Part shown: positions 48,276 to 54,510 of the stretch, piece by piece
Layout of the letters: the number at the start of each line of letters is the position of its first letter
How positions within the stretch are numbered: the first letter of the stretch is position 1
Source: a virus
Taxonomy: Duplodnaviria > Caudoviricetes
IMG/VR virus record: IMGVR_UViG_3300027819_000015
Coordinates: 1 to 54,510 of that record
Reading direction: 5' to 3' (one strand)
DNA: 54,510 nucleotides
The notes under the pieces: generated by a model
What the model saw: the letters and a program-made list of their open reading frames with translations, nothing else
What the model was told of the DNA's origin: nothing
The model's database searches: none
Translations under genes and position numbers: made by a program

Positions 48276-48830
48276 ATGAAGAAAAAATTAAAACTACATC
48301 TTGGGTGCGGAAATAATATTCTTGAAGGTTATCATAATATTGATAAATATGTAAATAAAATAGGTGTTAGACAATTTGATATTACAAAGATGCCATATAT
48401 TGACGGTGAGGTGGATGAAATATTTCATCAGCATGTTATAGAGCATTTAGATTTTCATGATGAAAAAATGGCTTTTGATGAATGGTATAGAATATTATGT
48501 AAAGGTGGTTTATTACATTTTGAAGTATTAGATTTTGAGTGGTTGTGTTTAAAATTTCTATCTGCACAAGATAATTGGAAGTCTTTTTATACTAAAATTC
48601 CAGATGATTATTTTGGTAATGGTTATAATATAAATGAAAGATGGTCTGTTCTTGCTGCGCATTTTTTTGGTAATCAATCTACAGATGGACAATATCATAA
48701 GAATATGTATACAGAAAAAAAATTATATAAGATATTAGAATCATATAACTATGATAAAATTTTTATAGAAAAATTTAACTATGATAAATTTGGAGAATTA
48801 CAATGTTTAAGAGTGATGGCAATAAAATGA
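48276..48830 (+). CDS. SAM-dependent methyltransferase (type 11-like)
   Basis: LHLGCG, HVIEHL, W.RIL..GG. Confidence 0.88.
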   Translation: MKKKLKLHLGCGNNILEGYHNIDKYVNKIGVRQFDITKMPYIDGEVDEIFHQHVIEHLDFHDEKMAFDEWYRILCKGGLLHFEVLDFEWLCLKFLSAQDNWKSFYTKIPDDYFGNGYNINERWSVLAAHFFGNQSTDGQYHKNMYTEKKLYKILESYNYDKIFIEKFNYDKFGELQCLRVMAIK

Positions 48831-49084
48831 TATTAAAGAGAAGAAATTTTATAAGATCTATAATAGCTTTTCCATTTTTTAAAAAAGAAGCTATTAATAT
48901 TTTAAGTAAAGTAAATAATGGTATAATTATAACTGAAAATGGAAATGTATATGATAATTTTTCAAAAATAGCTCTTCCTTTAATTAGAAAAATGGATTAT
49001 CAATTATTATCACATGAACTTTTAATAGTTACACCAATGAAAAATACAAAAATGCCATATTATTTTAATTATAGATATGAATAA
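48827..49084 (+). CDS. small protein: twin-arginine-like leader plus gp23 Gol-like segment
   Basis: ATGA overlap at 48827; KRRNFIR; IALPLIRKMDYQLLSHELLIVTPM. Confidence 0.6.
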   Translation: MILKRRNFIRSIIAFPFFKKEAINILSKVNNGIIITENGNVYDNFSKIALPLIRKMDYQLLSHELLIVTPMKNTKMPYYFNYRYE

Positions 49085-49970
49085 ATTTGATATTATATTA
49101 CTTTATTATGATAATCCAAAATTATTAAGAAATTGGTTTAACAGATTATTATTTCATTCAGATTATTTAAGATTTCATAAATTAAGTAGAATTATAGTAG
49201 CTGATTCTGGGACACCATTAGATAAATTAGAAGAATCTATATTGACGTATCAAGATGTTATAACTTTTGATGTTAATATACATTTAAATACAGTTTATCT
49301 CAGAGCAGAAACTGAAGAGATAAGAAAATTAGTACCACCAGAAGTTGATGCTAGACCAGCATGCCATACTTATAATATGGCATTAGATTATTCAAGTGCC
49401 GATATTATATATACTTCAGTTATTGGTCAAATTTATAGTCCTAAATATTTTTCGAGAACTTTAGCTATACATTTACAAGATGATAAAGCAGTTGTTTTAC
49501 CACAAAGATTTGATTTAGATTATAAAGATTATCACGAAAAGGGTTATAACGATAATTGGGAGTATTTAATATCATCAAATGTATTAAAAGTTTCAGGTGG
49601 TTGGCCAGATATGTCAGTTAGAAGAAAGTGGTTGCAAGAAGTTGGTGGTTGGGATGAAAACTATATCACAATAGCACCAGTTGATATGGATTTAGGCAGT
49701 AGATTAACTGGCTGTTTAGATGATGCATCATCTTCAGAAAGATTATTTACAAATAAAGAAAAATTTAATAATTTAGGATTAAAATTATATAAACCATATG
49801 ATGTACATGAAGTCATATCTTTAACTTGTAATCAATATGATGGTCATACGCCGACAGAATCACCAAGAAGACAACTAGGATATCAAAAAGGAATAGAATA
49901 TTATTTAAATAATTGGGGTAAAATTAAAAGAAATGAAAACAGAACACCAATACAATATAGGGAATATTAA
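49077..49970 (+). CDS. GT2-like glycosyltransferase
   Basis: IIVADSG, VGGWDENY.....D.DL..R. Confidence 0.8.
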   Translation: MNKFDIILLYYDNPKLLRNWFNRLLFHSDYLRFHKLSRIIVADSGTPLDKLEESILTYQDVITFDVNIHLNTVYLRAETEEIRKLVPPEVDARPACHTYNMALDYSSADIIYTSVIGQIYSPKYFSRTLAIHLQDDKAVVLPQRFDLDYKDYHEKGYNDNWEYLISSNVLKVSGGWPDMSVRRKWLQEVGGWDENYITIAPVDMDLGSRLTGCLDDASSSERLFTNKEKFNNLGLKLYKPYDVHEVISLTCNQYDGHTPTESPRRQLGYQKGIEYYLNNWGKIKRNENRTPIQYREY

Positions 49971-49972
49971 AT

Positions 49973-50287
49973 ATGAAAGCTTTACAAGTAAGTGAAACAT
50001 TAAAAAAAGTTGAACAATTAAAATATAAGATTGGTTTAATTAAAAAAAATCTAGATGATTTTAAAAAACAAGAAACAAAAGATAATAATGTAGCATATAT
50101 AACAGGCTGCTTGACAGTTGGTGATAGTTTTACAATAAATAGTTATAATACTCAAAATACTCAACAATATAGTATATCAGTTACAATTCAACCAGAAATA
50201 GTTAAAGAACTTAGACCAATTTTAATAATTGAATTAGAAAAATTATTATCTTTTTATGAAAATGAATTAGAGTCTTTAGAAATATAA
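49973..50287 (+). CDS. hypothetical protein
   Basis: 104 aa in operon. Confidence 0.7.
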   Translation: MKALQVSETLKKVEQLKYKIGLIKKNLDDFKKQETKDNNVAYITGCLTVGDSFTINSYNTQNTQQYSISVTIQPEIVKELRPILIIELEKLLSFYENELESLEI

Positions 50288-50288
50288 T

Positions 50289-51254
50289 ATGATTACATCT
50301 ACAGAATTTTTACAAAATCTTAATATTGAAGCAAAAAAATATTATGATTTGAGTATTAATGATAATATTGAAAGAAGTGATATTTGGAAATCTAATTTTG
50401 ACGGTTTAAAGTATCATATTAACTCAAATGAATCACCTATTGATAAAATATCTGATATTTTATCAACTCAATTTTTTTCTAGTGGCATTTTTAATAAAGA
50501 TGTTACAAAAAATGAAATAGTATATTGTATTGAGTATTTAAAAGATAATTATGATTTAAATATTGAAGATTTTTTAAAAGAAAATATTACCGAATCAATT
50601 TTTTCTAACCACGATAAATTAATATTGTTTGATAATAAACATTATATTTCATCTGATTATTTTAGACATTTATTTGCTATTTTAGAAATTAAAAAATATT
50701 GTAACTTAAATATTGATGATAGGTTAAATATAGTTGAATTAGGATCTGGTATCGGTGCTTTGGGTAGAATTTTTAAATTAATGTTTAGTAATTCAAAATA
50801 TTTTTTTATTGATATACCAGAAAGTTTATACTATGCATTTTTATACATAAGATTAAATTTTCCAGATAAAAAATATAAATATATTACTTCAAATGATAAA
50901 ATAAATATAAATGAAGATATTGATTTTTATTTTATTCCAGCAAAATATATTGAATCTATTTACAATAATAAATTTGATGTATTTATAAATGAATGTTCAA
51001 TGGGTGAAATGAATCAAAAAACTTTAGATTCTTGGTTTGATTTTATACAAAATAAAATATTAGTTGATTATTTTTATAACTTCAATCGTTATTATGATGA
51101 CGAGAGATCAAATGCATATTTGGCATATGATAATAAATGGGAATTATTGCATGAAGATATAAATCCAAAATATAATGAAATCCCTAATCATCCATATGGA
51201 AAATATTTATCAATAACGCATAATTTTGAAAAAATAACAAAAAGAATACATTGA
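50289..51254 (+). CDS. putative sugar O-methyltransferase
   Basis: IVELGSG.G.L, IDIPESL, FD.FIN..S..EM. Confidence 0.8.
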   Translation: MITSTEFLQNLNIEAKKYYDLSINDNIERSDIWKSNFDGLKYHINSNESPIDKISDILSTQFFSSGIFNKDVTKNEIVYCIEYLKDNYDLNIEDFLKENITESIFSNHDKLILFDNKHYISSDYFRHLFAILEIKKYCNLNIDDRLNIVELGSGIGALGRIFKLMFSNSKYFFIDIPESLYYAFLYIRLNFPDKKYKYITSNDKININEDIDFYFIPAKYIESIYNNKFDVFINECSMGEMNQKTLDSWFDFIQNKILVDYFYNFNRYYDDERSNAYLAYDNKWELLHEDINPKYNEIPNHPYGKYLSITHNFEKITKRIH

Positions 51255-52351
51255 AAGAAATTTTTTATAATATATTAGAAACTTTAATAGAAAAAATTAC
51301 GTTAAATGACAATGTTGATTTTAAAGATATTGAAAATAATGTAGAAATAAGATTGTTGAACGATAAGTTAGTTGAAATAATAAACACAAACAACTTATTG
51401 ATATCTAAATTGTTTTTAACAAAATTGCTTGTATTTTTTATTTATGTAAATAATATTAAAGTTTTAAATAATACTTTAAAAAATGGTAATTTAAATAAGA
51501 CTAATTTATTAGAATTAATACAAGATAATTTTTTAAAAATTAAAACTTTTAAAAATAGCGAGTTTAAATATGAGAAAATGATAGCTGTAATGCATTGCTA
51601 TGATATGTTTGAAACTGCATATATTTCAACACAAATATTAAACAATCATAATATATTTGATAAAATAGTTTTATGTTTTCCAAAAAATGGAAAATATGAA
51701 TATAATTCTATAGAAAAAATAAAAAATATATCAGATAAAATTGAAATAAAATTTATAAATAACTTAAGAGATATTAATATAAAAGATATGTATTCTGCAG
51801 ATGTAATATATGATTATTTTTATAAGAAAGAATTTATTGGTTATGATTATACATTAATATTATATCAAGATACTTGGCTTCTTGATATAAATAAGTTTAA
51901 GAAACATTTTGAAAATTTTAAAAATCAAGACTGTGAAATAATGTCTTATTATACATGTACAACAGGTGACGTTGCTACTGATTTTTTTCTATTAAAAAAT
52001 TGTGAAAATGTTAGAAATTATTTTATTGCAAATGAATTTAAAAACATAGGTAGGGCTCAGTTTGAATATATTTTTGGTAATGGTGTACAGAATAATTTAA
52101 AATGTTATTTTTATAATACTAAAGAAACAAAAATACACCAATACGGTTATAGTTCAGTTACTGGTAAAGTTCATTTACACACATATGTTCAAAAAAAATA
52201 TTATATAGATTTATATGAAAAATATTATAATATAAAAGTAGACTATGATAATTATCTTTTAAGCTTAGAAGACAATAAATCAAATAAACATGATATACAA
52301 CATAAACATTTAGCTGGTAATTTTGAAGATAATGGTGCAATATGCCAATAA
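51251..52351 (+). CDS. hypothetical protein, possible GT-A fold
   Basis: 366 aa; YDY....QD.W; context. Confidence 0.55.
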   Translation: MKEIFYNILETLIEKITLNDNVDFKDIENNVEIRLLNDKLVEIINTNNLLISKLFLTKLLVFFIYVNNIKVLNNTLKNGNLNKTNLLELIQDNFLKIKTFKNSEFKYEKMIAVMHCYDMFETAYISTQILNNHNIFDKIVLCFPKNGKYEYNSIEKIKNISDKIEIKFINNLRDINIKDMYSADVIYDYFYKKEFIGYDYTLILYQDTWLLDINKFKKHFENFKNQDCEIMSYYTCTTGDVATDFFLLKNCENVRNYFIANEFKNIGRAQFEYIFGNGVQNNLKCYFYNTKETKIHQYGYSSVTGKVHLHTYVQKKYYIDLYEKYYNIKVDYDNYLLSLEDNKSNKHDIQHKHLAGNFEDNGAICQ

Positions 52352-52530
52352 AAATTTCTATATATGAAGATTTACCAGAAGATGTTAAAAAATATTTAGA
52401 TACACTTATTTTATCTTTAAATTTTAATAACTCAAAAGAGATAGGATTGTTGTATCAAATTGCAGAATATTCTTATGCATTGGGTAAAGCAGAGGGATTC
52501 AAAGATTGTAAAAAAATATATGAACAATAA
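52342..52530 (+). CDS. hypothetical protein
   Basis: 62 aa, overlapping neighbours. Confidence 0.65.
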   Translation: MPIKISIYEDLPEDVKKYLDTLILSLNFNNSKEIGLLYQIAEYSYALGKAEGFKDCKKIYEQ

Positions 52531-54112
52531 ACTATCAGCTTTAATAATTCATCCATCAAATTCAAAAAAAATATACCAAGAATTATCTAATAATTATTCT
52601 GCTATAGAACCACCTTTATGGGCTGGGTTATTAGCTACATATATTAGAAATCATAATTTTTCAGTTAAAATTTTTGACACAGAAGTTGATATAGATTACG
52701 ATTATTTAAATAAAGCTAGAGAGTTACAAAAAAACTACAATAATACTAGTGTGTCTTTTAATGAACATACTAATGAAGATTTTGTTTCATGGAAAGTTTT
52801 AGAATTAAATCCACAATTGGTTATTATACCTGTTTATGGGCAACAACCAAGTGCTTCAACACAGTTGATTGATATTACAAAAAAATTAATAAAAGCTATT
52901 AAATCTAGAAAATCATGGCAGAAAATATTAGTATTAGGTAATCATATATCAGCTTTACCAGAACAATCATTTAAAGAATTAGAATGTGACTATATTGCAA
53001 TTGGTGAAGGTTGTAGAACAATAATAGATTTATTAGAAAATAAACCAGAGAATGAAGTTAGAGGTTTATTATTTTTTGATTATGCAAAAGAATTGCATTC
53101 AGACGCATTATCTAATGCTGAAGCATTCAACTATTATTTAACATATGGTCCAGCAGCAACAAATTTAACAGAAAAAGAATTAAACGAAGAGATGCAAGAG
53201 TGTGCTTGGGATTTATTGGATTTAACAAAATATAGAGCACATAATTGGCATTGTTTTGAAAATCCAGATAAAAGAACGCCATATGCCTCTATTTATACAT
53301 CACTAGGTTGTAACTTTAAATGTAATTTTTGTATGATTCATTCTATTTTTAATGAACACAAAATGAGATTATGGTCACCAGAAAACATAGTAAAGCAAAT
53401 TGATAAATTATATAATGAATATGGTGTTAGAAATATAAAAATAGCAGATGAAATGTTTATGATGTATAAAAAACAAGTTCATGCTATATGTGATTTATTA
53501 ATAGAAAAAAATTATCAAGATTTAAACATATGGGCATATGCAAGAATAGATACTGTAAGAGAAGATTATTTACCAAAATTAAGAAAGGCAGGGATTAAAT
53601 GGTTAGCATTAGGTATAGAATCTGGTAGTGAATATGTAAGAGATGGTGCTGATAAACATTTTACAGAAAATGATATAAAAGAAGTAGTTAAAGGTTTGCA
53701 AGATTCTGGTGTATATGTTATAGGAAATTACATATTTGGTTTACAGCATGATACAAAAGAAACTATTGAAAATACTTTAAAATTAGCATTAGAACTAAAT
53801 ACAGAAATGGCTAATTTTTATTGTGCTATACCCTATCCTGGTTCAGAGTTATATAAAATAGCATTAGATAAAAAATTACCATTACCAGAAAATTGGGAAA
53901 ATTATTCTCAACATAGTTATGGATTTGTTCCAATGGCTACAGATAATTTAACGGCTATTGAAATATTAAGATTTAGAGATAATGCTTTTAATTTATATTT
54001 TAATAATGAAAATTATTTAAATATGATAGAACAAAAATTTGGATTTAAAACAGTAGAACACATAAAAGAAATGTCTAAAATAAATTTAAAAAGAAAATTA
54101 TTTGGAGATTAA
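52520..54112 (+). CDS. cobalamin-binding radical SAM protein (class B methyltransferase-like)
   Basis: PPLW...LA, G.H.SALP, GEG; GCNFKCNFC, DE.F, GIESG, P.PGS.LY; start moved to ATG 52520. Confidence 0.92.
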   Translation: MNNKLSALIIHPSNSKKIYQELSNNYSAIEPPLWAGLLATYIRNHNFSVKIFDTEVDIDYDYLNKARELQKNYNNTSVSFNEHTNEDFVSWKVLELNPQLVIIPVYGQQPSASTQLIDITKKLIKAIKSRKSWQKILVLGNHISALPEQSFKELECDYIAIGEGCRTIIDLLENKPENEVRGLLFFDYAKELHSDALSNAEAFNYYLTYGPAATNLTEKELNEEMQECAWDLLDLTKYRAHNWHCFENPDKRTPYASIYTSLGCNFKCNFCMIHSIFNEHKMRLWSPENIVKQIDKLYNEYGVRNIKIADEMFMMYKKQVHAICDLLIEKNYQDLNIWAYARIDTVREDYLPKLRKAGIKWLALGIESGSEYVRDGADKHFTENDIKEVVKGLQDSGVYVIGNYIFGLQHDTKETIENTLKLALELNTEMANFYCAIPYPGSELYKIALDKKLPLPENWENYSQHSYGFVPMATDNLTAIEILRFRDNAFNLYFNNENYLNMIEQKFGFKTVEHIKEMSKINLKRKLFGD

Positions 54113-54114
54113 TT

Positions 54115-54378
54115 ATGGATGAAGGTAGTAATGAAGAAATGGTTAAAATGGAAATGGAAAGACGTCAAAGAATAATAGATTTTGTTATTAAAGAATATAA
54201 TAATGATGCAAAAGAATTTGCACTTATTGTAACCAGAAGATCAGATAATAGAATTGAATATCATCATTCAGAGCATAATGGTTATATTATTTATTATTTA
54301 AGATCTGTTGTTGATTCTCTCAAAGATGCTATGATAATGAATAGAGTTATAAATTATTTAAATGAAAGATTAGGTTAA
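54115..54378 (+). CDS. hypothetical protein
   Basis: 87 aa, GGAG RBS. Confidence 0.7.
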   Translation: MDEGSNEEMVKMEMERRQRIIDFVIKEYNNDAKEFALIVTRRSDNRIEYHHSEHNGYIIYYLRSVVDSLKDAMIMNRVINYLNERLG

Positions 54379-54416
54379 AAACATACATATAATAATTAAT
54401 AATAAGGAGAAATAAA

Positions 54417-54510
54417 ATGAGTTGGTCAGTTAATATAGTAGGTAAATCAGAAAATGTAATTCAAAAATTAAATGATTATTCTGAAAAATTTAAAGATGAA
54501 TCAAAGAAAG
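54417..54510 (+). CDS. hypothetical protein, partial
   Basis: AAGGAG RBS, MSWSVNIVGK... open to window end. Confidence 0.7.
   Translation, partial: MSWSVNIVGKSENVIQKLNDYSEKFKDESKK

Noticed and set aside
1266-52340. Minus-strand ORFs in the track beyond position 900, and the nested + ORF 44186-44410
   Set aside because: They overlap well-supported + strand genes and show no motifs; shadow ORFs
1-54510. Stop-codon reassignment as in some large phages
   Set aside because: Long genes are intact in the standard code, and TAG and TGA end genes at sensible boundaries
1-54510. CRISPR array, tRNA, diversity-generating retroelement, integrase or transposase
   Set aside because: No repeat-spacer periodicity, cloverleaf, reverse transcriptase or recombinase motifs seen by eye

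Overview
Very AT-rich segment of a large contractile-tailed (myovirus/jumbo-like) phage genome, read in the standard code. Genes run on the + strand except a short early-type cassette at the left end. (1) 1-7.4 kb: the tail sheath gene lies between two identical, outward-facing 59-bp sigma70-type promoter blocks that each precede small accessory ORFs. The right cassette separates sheath from tail tube and ends in a Thg1/endonuclease deletion scar and a double hairpin. (2) 7.4-30.3 kb: tail and baseplate module with tube, a chaperone pair joined by a probable +1/-2 frameshift, tape measure, hub, spike, gp25, gp6/J, a gp7-like protein and LamG-bearing paralogs; a gp55-like sigma factor sits inside it. 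(3) 30.5-32.8 kb: compact family A DNA polymerase and hypotheticals. (4) 32.8-54.5 kb: a ~21-kb glycosylation/methyl-sugar island (GT2/GT9 glycosyltransferases, RmlB, Fcl-like SDR, two NDP-sugar C-methyltransferases, three other SAM methyltransferases, B12 radical SAM, GNAT) interleaved with small ORFs and GroES. The best new-system candidates are that island paired with Ser/Thr-motif-rich virion proteins (possible virion glycan coat), and a small ORF joining a twin-arginine leader to a T4 gp23 Gol-like peptide. All family calls come from recognising motifs by eye; no database search was run.
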